Assembly: GCA_002633005.1 (NCBI GenBank)
Contig: NMRA01000275.1
Coordinates: forward strand, 185,282 to 249,281
Source: Phoronis australis
Taxonomy: Eukaryota; Animalia; Phoronida
Direction: 5' to 3'
DNA length: 64,000 bases
The position numbers were made by a program, and so were the translations under genes. Positions within the stretch are counted from its first letter, which is position 1. Each line of letters opens with the position of its first letter. Under the pieces are notes generated by a model that searched no databases, was not told where the DNA came from, and saw only the letters and a list, made by a program, of their open reading frames with translations. This document shows positions 24,156-38,560 of the stretch, piece after piece.

Positions 24156-27035
24156 GCAGGGCGAAATAACCACATCTCTTTTAGTCTCGCTGGAAACTTA
24201 CATCGATCATAGTTTTAATGGGTAACTCATATTAATTTGCTGTAAATATTAAAAACTAGAAATTATTCACTGAGTTATTTTCTACTCGCCGATTTCGAAA
24301 TAGTATCATATCCCATATGATCCAGTGCACCAGGAAGTAAAAAGAGTGTCGTCAGAATCCATCAGTTTGAAAAAGCTGAACAGCAATGTTTACTCTTCAA
24401 CATCTATGGAACAATCACATTTCAAGTTATAGTATTGGATCTCTGTGTCTAGGTAACTTAATTGATCCCTTTGTGTATAGCTACCATCTGCATTTACCTC
24501 GAGCATTCAGGTAAACCGGCACCACTTTAATCTCTCCACTGAGTCAGCCATTCAAAGTAGCATTTCGCTGTTTTGCTGGCTGATTACAAAAATCGAATTA
24601 GGCATCTTACTCTCATGAAATTGCTTATATTCCTTATCGTGACAGGACTCTATTTCGGTCATCAACTCAAGTCATAGGCAATGAGCCATTTTCGAATTCA
24701 CAATTTTAGGGTTAGTCATGAAACCCCGGCCAATGAACTCCGCTGAAGCACTTTCTGTTGGTGATGGATATACAACCCTGTCATGTTACGGAGAGGGCAC
24801 CTAACCAGAGCGAAATGCGGACTTAATGTGTTTAAAGGCGCCGTTTCGAGCCGTGACTACATTGTCACCATCATTAGGGTTATGCAGGACCCTCAAAAAT
24901 GGCCAAATTTGGCAAACTTCAGAACATCATATCCCAGAAATGGCTGATCGGATTCTTATGAAATTTTCAGGGACCAAGCTTTTAAAATATACTCTTCCCC
25001 GAAACACACTTAGAAATTGTTTTTTGAAAATTTCCACTTCTGCATGAGGAGCTATCAAAAATAGAGCTTTTATGAGTCTGACGAAAAAGTTGCATAAATC
25101 GAAAACGCAATGATAATTAAGAAAACTGTAACAGCCTTTTTGAGACATCATCTTTAACATTGAACCTGAAAATTTGGTCATGTCATTGATACCGTTGTTT
25201 TGCTATGGATATACTGTTCTTTTTAGCCATTTTTTTAAAGATATGGTCGCGTGACCAATTGATAGTAAATTTTTACAGGCCTTCTACTTTCAGAAAATTT
25301 ACAATTTTACTTATTTAAAATCTTCAGTTTTTTAGGGAGGCTAAATGCATCAACAAGTCGATAAGGTCCTACAATAACCTTAAACCTTCCTTTATATCAC
25401 TCATTTCGAAGCCGTGAATTCATTATTCCAAAAAGGTTGGCGAGGTTGGTATCAGCAATATTGCAGGAAGCCAAAGGCTTTTATTAGATTAGCTTGTTCT
25501 TACATGCTTTGAGGTAATGATCGTCTACTTGCTTTGCGGTCAGGGATTATGGTTTCTAAAAGGTCCGACTGGTCAGGTAGGAAATAGCGACAGACAGAAT
25601 GAATGGAAACTGATATTCCATAGCTTGCTCTTTTGCTATACCAGAGTTTTGTACCTCAAAAATGTGATAATGACCGAGACAGACCGGATTGCATCCGCTG
25701 CGTAATTCAAGGAAAAGTTATTCTTGGGCTTTCCCCTCGTATGTTTATCAATCGTACGGTAAATCAGGTACCAGTTTTCACTTGAAACGTCGTGGATACG
25801 AGAGATTTTCGGGCAATGTTATATGTTATAATGGAGAAAGGAGCAATCGATTACATTTTGGGACGGACATCATATTTTGCAGTCACACAACAGTCGTTTT
25901 AAGGGGGTAATTTTTTTTTCTTGTTTCTATTTTGGTCTTTGTCTATTATAAATTTGAAAACAGTGTGGATCAAGGAGTGTTTCTTTCCATGCAGCCGTTA
26001 CAAAAGCACAGTTGGCAAAAAGAGTCCAGCCGCTGTGGTGTCTATTGTAATCCCAACCCGGGTAAGAAGTATTTATAGCAGCAGCTTGGGAAATGCAGTA
26101 TAGCTAGTAATGAGACAATTCTAGAGATCCAGATTCTAAAGTGATCACAAATATACCTCAAGTTGTTCTTGGAGGCCCTTGTGTTGTTTGTAGAAAGAAC
26201 CTTCCGAACGGACATTCATACGACATTCGTACCGACACCTGTTTGCGTACGGAGGGCGTTTGAAAGGTTGTCGTAGATTTCGGAATGCGTGGCTTTGGTG
26301 TTTTCATAAGGAGTTATAAAGCTGGAATGCCAGGAAATATTCTGAACATCACCAGGAGTTCCAAGTGCACAACATTAATCAGAGGACCAAAAAGGGAAGA
26401 GGAAGGTACATCAAGTCAGGCCACGAAGGAGAGAGATAGGTAAAAGGTTGGAAAAGAGAACCGTTCCCGCTAACGCGTATAACACCATGAAGTATTGGGA
26501 TCTGAGGAGGATAGGCCACCGGAAGCCAAATATAAGTAAATATTAGTACTATACAACATCATTCCAACGGTTTGTAGTTGTTCACCGAAAACGATTGTGT
26601 GAGGGAAGTACTCGAACGCTAAGTACAGTAAGAGGCTTCACGACAACCTGGTGCGGGATGCGACCACAGCTGCATGGTGAGCAATCATGATCCATCTACC
26701 AGTGAAGTCTTTGCACCAACACTTTACATCATTCAAGTCAATTTTGCCTATGACCCTTCGTGTTATACGTTTCGATCAACTGGAAAAAGAAGCAAGATTA
26801 TTTTGAAAACTGAAAAATGGGTGTTAAATTCATCAACATAGGCCATCACCCTGTAACATTCGCTAATTGTGTACGTTTTCTGTATATCTTTGTCATTCAA
26901 GTGTCCATGGTTTCGATTTCAGGAGAGTTTAGAAATCAACAAAATAACAATATTGGAGAAACATGTATCATAGAGGATGATTTTGAATAGGGTCAACCTG
27001 TTTTCCTGCAGAATGCGTCGACCTTTTGAGGCCAG

Positions 27036-27130
27036 AGGCCCGTTTCATGAAAGTGTCTCATACTCTCAGAGACTTTTAAATGTTTGTTAGACTTAAAAGT
27101 CTCAAGCCACCTTTCATGAAACAAGACCCT
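27036..27130. mobile_element. Small MITE (PIF/Harbinger-like ends)
   Basis: TIR GGCCCGTTTCATGAAAG / CTTTCATGAAACAAGACC; a related element lies at ~42828-43076. Confidence 0.5.
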
Positions 27131-28774
27131 GGTTACCAGTTAAGCCCTACAGTGAGCAAGGGGATGGTCCACTTGCAGCAAGATGGAGAATGCTCTTTTC
27201 TTGCTGCTGCAAAGACCATGGAAATCATAGACGGTTGCAAAGTAGGTACGTAATCTGACCAACTCCCGGTATGTGATGAATGTGATCACACTGAGCGGGC
27301 AGCATGTCGTGTTTTCTGTGACCATAAAACTATACAGGTAATAACTCTCCTGGATATTCTAATCATCAACAATACTTTTAGTCAGTTATTGTGTTTAATT
27401 AGATATTCTCCCGCGATATTTCGTTCAACTAAAAATCAATAACGCAGTCAGGCGCTTTTTAATGTTGGGGCACCCCTAATTTTCTTTTGGAGAAAAAACG
27501 TTGTCAGGACCTTTTAGTGTGTTGAGGTGAACATTCCACCCTTGCGTTTTGGCATAGACCCAGATGGCCTTCATTTTATCTGCGTGCCGCTTTTCAATCC
27601 CACTGTATCGTTAGTTAATTAAAGTACTATATAAAAATCTTAATTCACTAAGATAACATATCCGGTACCTAAATGAATTTACTAATTATAAAGAACCATA
27701 ACTTTAGTGAAAAAAAAAAATTTAATGTTTAAAATGTCCCTTTATTAACAGTCAGAATAATGTGACCTGTGCCTGGTTTATTTTCTATTTTTCTGTAAAT
27801 GTCTGGTGTCAGTTTTTTAAAATTGTTTTTGAAGGAAGGATTGTCTCCAAAAACCTTTTATTTTCAGCTCTCAATAATATAAGTGAAGAAGTGAGAAGAA
27901 GTATACATGGTCTAATAATCAGAGGGCTGGTTATGGGCTGACCACATCCACATTCGGTAGAATTGTGTGCGTTTGATTGTTGAGTTGTTTGGAAATTACT
28001 TTTGCCAGGGTTCCAATTTGGCACAGGTCATGATCGAGAACCTGATACTGGGATAAGGAATGAATATATGAAGGTAGTACAAAAGTCCTGGGAAATGACA
28101 AAGTAAAGACAAGCTAGAGGAGGCTGAAAATGAAATGGTGCTGACCTCAACAATTGATCAGGTTCAGCATATAAATATCTGATCATTAACTTATTGCTTA
28201 ATGGTGAAGTTTCTTGTCAATCCAATAAAAAACCTTTGCAAGTTCGCTATTTGTTTGCACGTCCATTTTCTCTCACAATGGCTGCAGATCATTCCACCTT
28301 AAGATGATTCCCTTACAATCTTGTACTGCAAAGCATTCTTTCATTTGTCTTGTTATTTCCTCACTCAGTCAGTGTCTGTCTCCTTGTGTCTCTCCTGATG
28401 ACACAAACTGTCCAACAATGCTAGCTAGGTCACAGGTGGTAAAGTTGTCAAAAAGTTATGAATAAACAGTGTACGCATGGGTTCAGCGACTTCGAATTGT
28501 GATGATCAGCACTTGACTGACGCAATGCCACAATTGTTGTACACTTGAAGAATGTAAAGACACGCAACTTTGGGAGTTTTTCTTACCCAGATCACGATTC
28601 GTTTGGATGTGCGGTATAATATACAGAAATTCAGTTTAATTTGAATTTTAGCCGCAATATTTGTCAAACTCAGGTCCTCCAATTTCACATGTTGTTTTAG
28701 CAAGGCGACACAAACAGGCAAATGGTATGACCTGCCACTCAACTGCATGTGTCAATGCACCTCCGTCTTGTCTA

Positions 28775-28897
28775 TCATGTTTTTGTGTCGAACAACTGAG
28801 CGACAGTGTACTGATACAGTTCTTTGTTGATGGCCTTAACTGTCTGTAGTTCACATGCATCTGCAATTCGCTTTCCACCACCAGCTTGCTTCAATGC
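28775..28897 (-). CDS. WDR18: WD repeat protein 18, last coding exon
   Basis: ctttacag|GCA...TGA; ALKQAGGGKRIADACELQTVKAINKELYQYTVAQLFDTKT*, which resembles the WDR18 C-terminal coiled coil (L..IN..L..F). Confidence 0.8.
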   Translation of the reverse strand, partial: ALKQAGGGKRIADACELQTVKAINKELYQYTVAQLFDTKT

Positions 28898-29119
28898 CTG
28901 TAAAGCAGAAGAACAAGCAGACAGTATGGTGTCAAATATTGGAAACAGAAGGTTCAAATAGGGCCTTATCCTCTATGCTCACCACTTGTACAATAGACCT
29001 TTCCTAATATAGAGCTAATGGATATTAATATTTTTTTGAAAAACGGAAGCTTGAACAGTGCTAAAGAAGTAATGGTTGCTCATTTTTTCAAATATTCCCG
29101 AGAGAGTCAAATCCATATT

Positions 29120-29322
29120 AAAATAAAAAATATGACCACAGCCCCAGAAATCGTTTTCGCATTTTATCCCCTTGCACACATTTACAAGTAAGATCGAGCT
29201 CAGATAAATAGGAGGCATATTTATGCAATGCTCGAAGATGAGCCAGTGAAGCCAGGATTTGCACCCAAGTCTCCCAAGCGAGACTCTGGAGCTCTAACCA
29301 CTGATCCACACTGTCTCCATCT
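29120..29322 (-). mobile_element. tRNA-derived SINE-like element
   Basis: The reverse strand reads GGAGACAGTGTGGATCAGTGGTTAGAGC...GGGTGCAAATCCTGGC (A-box- and B-box-like). Confidence 0.5.
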
Positions 29323-29796
29323 AAAAATCAACATCAGCTGTACATGTTCTCATCACTAGGAACACATAAGCACAACCTTCATGAAGATCCATAGAAGAAT
29401 ATGGCTAGTTCCTTACATAGATGACAGAGAGCGTGACAGTTATATGTACAGTAATGAAAACTAGACTCAGTTCTTGTTACAAGTGTGTAGCTTAGTGATT
29501 AACCTGATCTTCAGTCTCACTGAGTGGGACCATGGATCTAAATCTCATTGTGTGAGACAACTACACCAAGTTTTGTGCCTATACTCTACTGTAATGAGAA
29601 GGCACTATTACATGTCTACTGCGCTAACATGAGAAATGAGGCAATAGAAAATCAAATATTAACAGACTCTAGTTATCGTACAGTCTTTGTAAGAGTTTGT
29701 CAAAGAACTTCGCAGATATGGAGACAGACACAATGACGGTTTGTCACCGAAGTGCACCCCAGCAGTCACATCTATTGAAAAATTAACACATCACGA

Positions 29797-29926
29797 TTTC
29801 TTCAATAGAAATACATTATGCTATATTTCTTCAATAGGAATACATTATGCTATATTTCTTCAATAAGAAAACATAATTCTTCAATAGGAATACATTATGC
29901 TATATTTCTTCAATAGGAATACATAA
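29797..29926. repeat. Minisatellite, ~29-bp unit TTTCTTCAATAGGAATACATTATGCTATA, ~4-5 copies
   Basis: Directly visible. Confidence 0.85.
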
Positions 29927-30212
29927 TCTACAGGCTTTCCAATTTCAGAAAATACATACCTTTACTGCATTAAAATCATGACTATAACTTTTCAGATATT
30001 TGATTAGTACAACATATCAATAAGACCCAACGTAATCTTAAGCAGAATTAAAGCACTTCATCCTTGAGGTAATGCTCAATTATGGTTAACCAATCTAGAA
30101 ATCAAATATTCATTTATTACACCTTACTAAAGAAAATCACTGTCAGTTTTATATCTCCACACCATCAGTCAAATGCAACGTTATATTTCAAAAATGTACA
30201 GTAAAGGCAAAC

Positions 30213-30260
30213 CTTCAGTATATCTTCGTTGCTGATGTTTTCTGTTCTTGTTGGTCTTGC
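30213..30260 (-). CDS. WDR18: WDR18 putative small exon (48 nt)
   Basis: tttcctgtag|GCA...AAG|gtttgc; phase 0/0; ARPTRTENISNEDILK. It fills the poorly conserved linker before the coiled coil. Confidence 0.6.
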
Positions 30261-31857
30261 CTACAGGAAAATGTTTCAAATTATTATTTGCAAGACTGAT
30301 GTCACTTAACTGTCCAGAATAGTCAAAGATTACAAATGAATTTAATTAATGATTGCATCATGCATGATCAATAACCATCAAGTTCTAATATCTGGGACTT
30401 TTTTCTTGTGAACAGCAGTGGATACAGTGGTTGACTGAAGAACTGCGTTGTGCAATAGTCGATTCAGTTGAATACATTTCAACTGAATCATGGCAATCAG
30501 TATTCATCTCCAGCTGCATTATTAGAAACATTTAGCAATTTAAAAGAGCACTTTCATTCTCACGTCATACATACATATCCATATGGTTCTAACTCTAGTA
30601 GAAATGCAAAGTTTTCAGACCTCAAAAATGTGTAAACTGTAGTGGAGTAGTGGTCATTATCACATTTGGGGTTTGAAAACCAACACATCAACCAAGTTTG
30701 ATAGTCAACAATTGTTTTATTAATAATTATAGCCACTGAGTAATTCATGAAAGGAGGCTATGTGCAGGGTTTCGATTGTATATCAATCACTCCTGTGGTC
30801 AGTCGTCTGCCACCCTGATTTACCCAAACTGTTGAGGTGATATTTTGCAAAAACTCTCGGGAGATGAACAAAGAAACAATCGGTTATAAGTTGGGAAAGA
30901 TGCCAAGTTTTGCAGATCTATATACAATCATGGTTGTTTTTAATGCAAACAATTTGCAAACATCGTTTGTTTATGTCAATGCAATCACAAGCTGCGTGTC
31001 TGCATGCCCGCTGTGTACCTAAAGTTTGTGAACATATTAGAATTTGAAACATATATTTTGTGCAATAACATAACAGGGGAAACTGATGATGCAGGGTTAT
31101 ACTTAATGGTTATTTAAAATCAATAACGTGACGTCACAATCCCATTTTCATAAATAGGCTTAAAGGACTTTCAAGTTTGATGACATGTAGGTGGCGGAGT
31201 AGTGGTTTGCTAACAGGAAGATCCCAGAATCAAATCATGGAAAAAGTCTTGAAAAAGAATTAAAACTTACAGCATTATCACAGGAGAGGCAATATGTAAA
31301 ATTACTGACCTCGAAATAATGACTGCTGGTATGGTCATAAGTCATATGGTTTCACCCATAAGTTTATAATTTCACATTCTGTCCAAATCATTCAATAATC
31401 TAATGTGTCATATGGTTTCACTTATAATCATCACCTTAATCGTTTATTTTCACTAGACTCACAAGCAGCAAACAGTCTGGAAGAAGCAAGTTATTAAATA
31501 CATCACAAACTAAATGTTAGTGATACAAATAAGAGCAAAAGTATAAAGCTATATGACAAAAACATGACTTTTTAAAACGATTGGTAGGAGCTAAGAACCA
31601 GAATTCATTGAATGATAGTTGTTAGATAAATGTGACTAAATAATTATGGTAACACCTCCTATATGTGGCAGGGCAGCCTCTTTTAACGTCTCTTAAGCAT
31701 CGCATGCTGAAAAAATTACACCTTCTTTATGCGACAGGAATTTTATATCAAAGTTATATGGTACTGTTTCTTGGCAATTACTATTTTATTTGAAGAAACT
31801 GAAAAACAAACATTGGGAGACTTTAATAAATGGAACAAAGGCCATGACTTCGCCTAC

Positions 31858-32009
31858 CTTATTCTTGACTTCCGTCAAAGCCCTGCCAGTCTCAGCTGAG
31901 TCTGACTGAAGATGTCGCTTAAGTGGCAGCAAAGGCATTTCAGTGAACTTGTCATCCGAAGCCATAATACCAGAAGGTGTGGGGATTACCAAAAGATTGG
32001 TGATGGCTC
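31858..32009 (-). CDS. WDR18: WDR18 coding exon
   Basis: ag|GA GCC ATC...AAG|gtagg, 152 nt; (G)AITNLLVIPTPSGIMASDDKFTEMPLLPLKRHLQ..., similar to human GPVTNAAI...LPLPHFNKHL. Confidence 0.85.
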
Positions 32010-32182
32010 CTTCAAGATGAAAAAACCAAATATTTCAACAATTCATCTGAAGGCTCACATTACAAAAGCGTCCCACTCAACCAAACTTGAAATTAAAGAG
32101 AATTTTGCTACAGTGAACAAACTGCTCGACTCTGCAAGTTTGAATAAAATTTTTTATGTCAATGACTGTTAAGCAATAACAT

Positions 32183-33360
32183 AACAAGAGCAACGCGGAG
32201 CACTGAAATGCGCCCACGAATGTACCGCAAACAATGTGCTTCTAGAGTTGTTCATTACTATCATAAAAATGGCCAATAGATGGCGCAACATGTCCAATCC
32301 ATCTTAAAACAGTACATGTCATCGCTTGTTTAATAGAAAGCTATTTACCAAATTTCATAAAAATCTGTCAAGGAACTTCAGAGAAACAAAGAAAAACGGA
32401 AAAAAATGAAATTGCCACTCAGGGGCACAGCATCCTCCTCAAAGTTGTCACCTATTGTTAGCTTCATATAAATACACTTACTAAATTTAATAAAGATCCT
32501 ACAGAAGGTTTAGGCGATGCAGCTGTGGCCGCAAAACAAAACAAAACCACCACTAGGAAGTGCCACAGTAGCCAAAGTTGTCAGCGTAATCCTCTTCACA
32601 CTGAGAAGATACACGCCAATTTTCAAAATCATCCATAGAATGGTTTGGTTGATAGAGGGGTGGACGCCAAAAAACAGATTCGAAAACAGTAAAAATGTCA
32701 ACTAGTTGATGCAAAAAACCTCGAATCCATCTGAAAATGGGAGGATAACGTCACCCCAATAATACATGACTATATTCTGAATTTTATGAAACTCCGTTGG
32801 GGACCTGTGAATATGCACTGGTAAACATAAAAAACTAAGGGGGGACACTGGTGGTCAGATCTGTGCGAAAGTCATCGTCGTTCGTTGTCAATATCATATA
32901 AATACAGTTGCTAAATTTAGTAAAAAGATCCTGCGAACTATTTAGGAGATACAGCCATGGGTGCAAAAAACTGCCACTATGAGGCACCACAGTACTTGTA
33001 GTCATTGGAAAATCATCATCAGCAATCCTCTTTGAAGTAAGAAAATAAATGTCAATTTCCACAATCATCCTTAAAGCGATTCGGTTGATGGAGGGTGGAC
33101 GCCACAAAACCGACTCCAAAACAGTAAAAATGGCCACTAGGTGGCGCAAAATACCTCAAATCCATCAGAAAACGGGACAACAGTGTCATCTCATCAATAG
33201 ATGCCTATCTTCCAACTTTTATGAAAATACATTGAGGACCATTGAAGATACAAACTAAGGTAAGCATAAAAAAACTAAGATTGCCATTAGGGGGCACACC
33301 GGTAGTTCAATTCATGTGAAAGTCTTCATTGTCCGTTGTAAATATGTGGGCGCATAAAAA
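32183..33360 (-). mobile_element. Helentron-associated element, family A copy 3 (inverted, internally deleted near the 5' end)
   Basis: Reverse complement of the copy 1 termini (AACAAGAGCAACGCGGAGC...TGCGCCCAC and ATATGTGGGCGCATAAAAA) with the same monomers; lies in a WDR18 intron. Confidence 0.78.
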
Positions 33361-34869
33361 CACATTTTTAGAAAACTACATCCACATGACTACAAATTCC
33401 TTGCACATAACATACTTCTTTGCTAGTCAAGGATTTAAAATTGTTTCATGGGTTAAATCTCAGTATTTTAGACAATATTTCAAAGACTGCAACTTAGATA
33501 CCTTAAGGAGATACATTCTAGCATGTTAATCCGAGAAAAAGAGGCTCAGTTTGAACAATGTTTCTTTTCATAAAGAACAAACATGAGTTTTGGCAGACAC
33601 AAAGAGAGACCTAATGGGCAAAACGTATAGCTGCCAAAATTGAACGGCTACTCACGGATGTTGAAACGATGAAATCTGCCCTCTGTGTTTAAGTTTCATT
33701 GAAATGCGTCAATTAGTGCTCTGGACATTGTCCAAAAATGTCATTTAAAAATATTCAAAAAGCCCCTTGTCAAGACCAAAATGTCCACCGGGTATGCAGG
33801 AGAGGTCAAATTTGCCCCAAAATTAGCTAATTCTAGCACATTGCCATCACATAGCCTTGTGATAAATTTCAATGAAATCCCTCACTCTGTTCTCTAGATA
33901 GTATCTGCAAATGCTGTAGTGGTTGAAAACTGATGTGTTTCAGCGGATTGCCATCACGTACCTACGTATCAAATTCATTGAAATCTATCAACTCTATCAA
34001 CTGGCTCTCTAGATATTATCCAGAAACAATCTTCCTAAAAAATAGTGAAAAGTTCCTTATCAAATTAATTTTCTGGGCATCATTAATTTAATTATCACTG
34101 AAAATTTTTAATTTTGTATGTGGAGTTTCATTTACCTCGAGTAAACTAGGTCAGAAGGCAGAGCCAGCAGTTAGAAGATCAATACATGCTGTGGAGAATG
34201 ATATCAAGAAACTAAGTACGAAGTGGACTGTAGAAATTGAGATGGCGGATAAAGCGTGCCATAAGCACAAGATCGAAACAGCTAAATGTCAAATTATGAA
34301 TCAAATTAATGAATTTTGGAGAGGATTTATCATTTTTAACAACTTGCTGTGTTAGTGAACACACAGAGGCGGTTCAGCGACTCGGATTCGGTGCATTCAT
34401 TCTCACCAGTCGTATGCATGCAGATGCACAACTGCCTTACGATAAAAACTATGTTTTATCTTCGTTTTCCGCAGCATCTTCCTATGCTACGTACCCCGTT
34501 GACTAAATATTATGGCGACTCGGTGAATGAGAGGAGTGAGGACACATACGGAACTGCTCTATGCCTGGCACTGGGAGATTCAATTTGCATGACAGCCTTC
34601 TAACCTTTGACCTCAGATAAGTAGCAAACAAATTTCGACGCTGTTGAAGGTGGTTGTACTAACTCCGCTCGCTACATGGTCTATATTTTGTATTTGAAGT
34701 TCCCCAAGAATGACGAAAAGGTAATTTGCTACACATATGTGAAATATTGTAAAAACAGCCAATCCTTGTCAATAAAGTCTGAGATATTGTTAATATCCTT
34801 TTAATTTACGATTTGTTTAATAAGAACAGGGCACATATAGGGAAGATGCAAAACAAAATAAGATGTGAA

Positions 34870-35078
34870 AGTAGTGAGTACAGTAGTAGTCAGATCAGTC
34901 TGAATATAAGTGTGTGCCTTCTCTCAATGGTAAAATCCAAGACTGCAAAATTTCATAAAAAATAAATCAAGGGGTTTGGGAGAGAGACAGGTGGAAACCA
35001 AGATAGAAAGACAGATGCTGGATGACAAAATAGAGGAAATGCAAATGCACTCACATACATATATGTGGGCACATAATG
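34870..35078 (-). mobile_element. Old truncated 5' fragment of family A element
   Basis: The reverse strand TTATGTGCCCACATATATGTATGTGAGTGCA...CCAAACCCCTTGAT...TTTATGAAATTTTG matches 658-805. Confidence 0.55.
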
Positions 35079-35105
35079 ACCACTTTTTAAATGCAAGTAC
35101 AGTAC

Positions 35106-35292
35106 CTTTGTGAGAGAACACTTTCAGACACTGTCGACTGTGAACATCCCATAGTCTCACCGTGGAGTCATGAGAGCCGGAGACTAGCGTGTGGGCATCC
35201 ATTGTAGTGCACAGACAAGTAACCTGTTGTGTGTGGCCTTGAAACACGGGTGCAGTCGATGACTTGGAAATGTGCTTTTCAACCATGGCAGG
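35106..35292 (-). CDS. WDR18: WDR18 coding exon
   Basis: ag|CCT...AAA G|gtact, 187 nt; PAMVEKH...FQGHTQQVTCL...LVSGSHDSTVRLWDVHSRQCLKVFSHK (canonical WD40 repeat). Confidence 0.93.
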
Positions 35293-36521
35293 CTAAGAAC
35301 ATTACATAATAATGTTACCAAGTAAAATCAGATTCGCAGTACAATATGCTAGAAACCTAACTTTAACAAAACTTGGAGTTTCTGCTATTGCAACATTGGT
35401 CTAAGCTTGTTCCTTTCTAAGCTGAAAAATGATTATCACGCTTGAAAAGAACTAACAGTTCATCATTCCTCAAGTCCAGGCTCCAAAAGTGTGACCTCAA
35501 CACCAGAGATCAATTCTGAGCAAGGAACAAGTAGCAAACATAAGCTTTTTTAGCACTTGTTCGAAGAAATCATAGTAAACCAGCATGGCATTGACTTACT
35601 AGCTGTGACAGCAGTGTAGCACATGAGTAACACATCCCCTGTGCTACTTTTGGGTTCAATTTGCCCTCTCGTTGCCCATCTCCCGTGGTAGTCTACTTTC
35701 CACAAAAATCATTGCATAACCTGAGGTATCTGATATAAATTTTCAGTGGAAAAAAGCGCAGTATTAAACAGCGGACTATAAAACCACCAAAATAGTGGAG
35801 CAAATACATATTAACATAGTGGTTAATAAGTATGGAATTGAGGCCAGTAGCCTAAATCAAAATATTTTTACAGGGGACGGGTTGACAGCACCCATAACAA
35901 ACTAAAATTGTAAATAAAAAGGACAAAACAAAGTGTATGATCGATTTATTGAGATTTGAGTAAACCACAGAACAAGAATTAATAATATACTTTGCACAAT
36001 GCTTTTATACTGAAAATAAATGATGCTGTAGTTTCGAAAACAAATTGCCTGCTCTAACAGCCACAGACAAGAAACAGCCTCTGACAGAAATACATAAGCA
36101 AGCCATAGTACACATATAGTGAGCACTAGGCCCAATTTCCACAACAAGACCCAAAGTCTCACCTCTGTTCTCGAAACTTAACTAGAAAATTCCCCAATTT
36201 TACATCACGTTTCAAGTAAAGTTACAAAGTTTTACACTTAAAACGTGCACCATGATTGGTGAAATTTCAAGTCTGAGTCAGAGTCGAGACTGACATCAGA
36301 GATTAGATCCTGGAGTCAGATCTTCTCTTAAGAATCTAATTTTTTCCATTCTCAATAGTTACCCTCACCAAAGACGTTAAAGAAACATTATTAGCTGAAT
36401 TCCACATTTCTCTATAGCTTTGGCTGTATTGAAATAACAATTAGAAACTTAAATCAATTTCTTTTTTCTCACTGTTACGGTGATATGAGGTCACATACAG
36501 ACAGATGAACAGATGCCTTAC

Positions 36522-36665
36522 CTTTTCAAACAAAGAGACTTGGTAAATATCGCCTGTATATCCACCAACATACAAGTGCCTCTCGGCTGCTCCAGACGTG
36601 ATCGAGCACAAGCCAACATCAAATACAAATGTGCATAACAACTCTCCAGTAGATAAGTCCCACAC
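36522..36665 (-). CDS. WDR18: WDR18 coding exon
   Basis: tttag|GTG TGG...AAG|gtaagg, 144 nt; VWDLSTGELLCTFVFDVGLCSITSGAAERHLYVGGYTGDIYQVSLFEK. Confidence 0.93.
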
Positions 36666-37489
36666 CTAAAACAGATAGGAAGGCACCTTTTTGGCGATGG
36701 TAAAGGTCTTGGGGTCAGTACAGGTACAGTACAGCCACTGAATTATTAGACTTTCTCCGGTCTCCCTCCGGTCTGGCTAGGCATGAGGCAGACTAGAAAC
36801 AGACCAGAGAGTGGGAAGTGAGTTGACAACTGGCGTGAGCTTAAGCGTGACTGTGCCCGGAACTTACCATGAGTTAGGCATGAATGAAGCGTGAGAGGAC
36901 TGTGAGCCAGGCTTGAGTCATGTGTGAGTTTTTTTGCCTTCTCTACAGTCGGTACAATCGTAATTGTTATTCTCACTCGTTTAGCGCGATTTGAACAAAG
37001 TGCTGTATCACATTTCAAGAAGATTTTTTCAGTGCTAAAAACATCTAGCAAACAACTGTAAGAACTTTGACAACATCGGTAAGGAATTCCTTACTGTCTT
37101 TGCAATATATATGGTACTGGTCAGCTATCTCAAGGCAACTATTCTATGTGACCGCTAAGCAATATAGTTTACTAATATATAGTTCATTAAAACGTGTGGA
37201 TGCACTACTTACTCAACTGGAAGCCAAATCATCAAGACGCACAAGTGAGTAATACTATCTTTAATGCAGAAATGTATCATGAACATCTAATGAATTGTAT
37301 GAAATATTGTATATTTAATTTAGTCGATTTATTATTTGACATTTATTCGTGTAATATTTAGTTATTAACTGTTTACTGTGTGTTATTTCTCGTTTATACT
37401 AGTGGGTCTAGATCGTTTACTTGTTAAACGATCTCTGCACCGCAGGCACAAGTGCCGAAGTAAGCACATTTAGTTTAGTGTAGGTTTCT

Positions 37490-38560
37490 GACTGAACTTG
37501 AGAGCTCGCTTTAGGTGTGGCGATAAGTTGTATATACGGTTTGTCTTTACATATTGATTTCAGAATGCCACTTGTTATCCGTGCATTTAGTTTATGCTTG
37601 TATTTTTTGATTTTTTTTTGATTTTGGATGGCAAGTGTTTGTTAATTTTATCAGTTCAAGCTCGAGAGAAAATGTTGTAATTTTTGTTAACGTCGTTACC
37701 CTCATTGAGTATGGGTTGGTCATTTATTAAGTTCTTTGAGATCATCTCTTGATCGTTTATTCAATGGAGTATGCCTGGGTACGCGAGCTTTATGGTTTGC
37801 TATGGTGTCAATTATAATGAAGCTTGGGCAGTGGTCAGATAGAGACGATAATAGAATTCCTGCCTGAGACTGTTCAAGGAAACAGGAAAATTTAATATAA
37901 ATATGGTCAATAAGTGTAGCAGAGAGATCAGTAAATGTAACGGAAAGAGCAATTTTAGGAGAGTGGTGGTGGGCTATCATTACATCAAAAAATTCATAAA
38001 GTTTCAAATTGGGGTTTAAGCTTATAAAGTTGAAGCTGAAGTCCCCCCACATAATTATTGCTTTGTTATATGAAGACAGATGGGTTTGTTCAAGGGAACG
38101 TATATTCATTGAGGAATAGATCATCGTTTCTGAATTCATTTGTGGGTGGTCAGTAAACATTAACAATAGTCAATGTTTTATTCTCACGCGTTCTTACATG
38201 CGCTATTAGTCCTTTCCATGAAGTAAAATTGTTAACCTAGTGACCTTCATAACTTCCAAGTATATATGATGAGATCTTCCTGACGAGAACAAGACTCCTC
38301 AGGTGGCATTGATGCAACCCCGAAAGTTGAAATAAATTCGGATTATCATTTTCGCTTAACCAGGTTTCCTGGAGGCAGTTGATGTCAATACACTTGTGTG
38401 CTTCATGAATCATTTCCTGAAATTCTGCAAGCCTGGAAGAGGTATTGACACTTAGTATGCATAACTTGTGTTTATCGGACTTAAGGTATTTTTTGAAACC
38501 ACTGGTATCATAGTATGCGCACGTTGATGAAACTGTCTTCATCATTCAGTCTCGGTTTGT
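37490..38560 (-). mobile_element. Degenerate CR1/L2-like LINE ORF2, APE endonuclease region
   Basis: LCILSVN, IDINCLQETWL, IIMWGDF, SATLIDHIY and SLSDHCPSF motifs in order across frameshifts. Confidence 0.8.
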
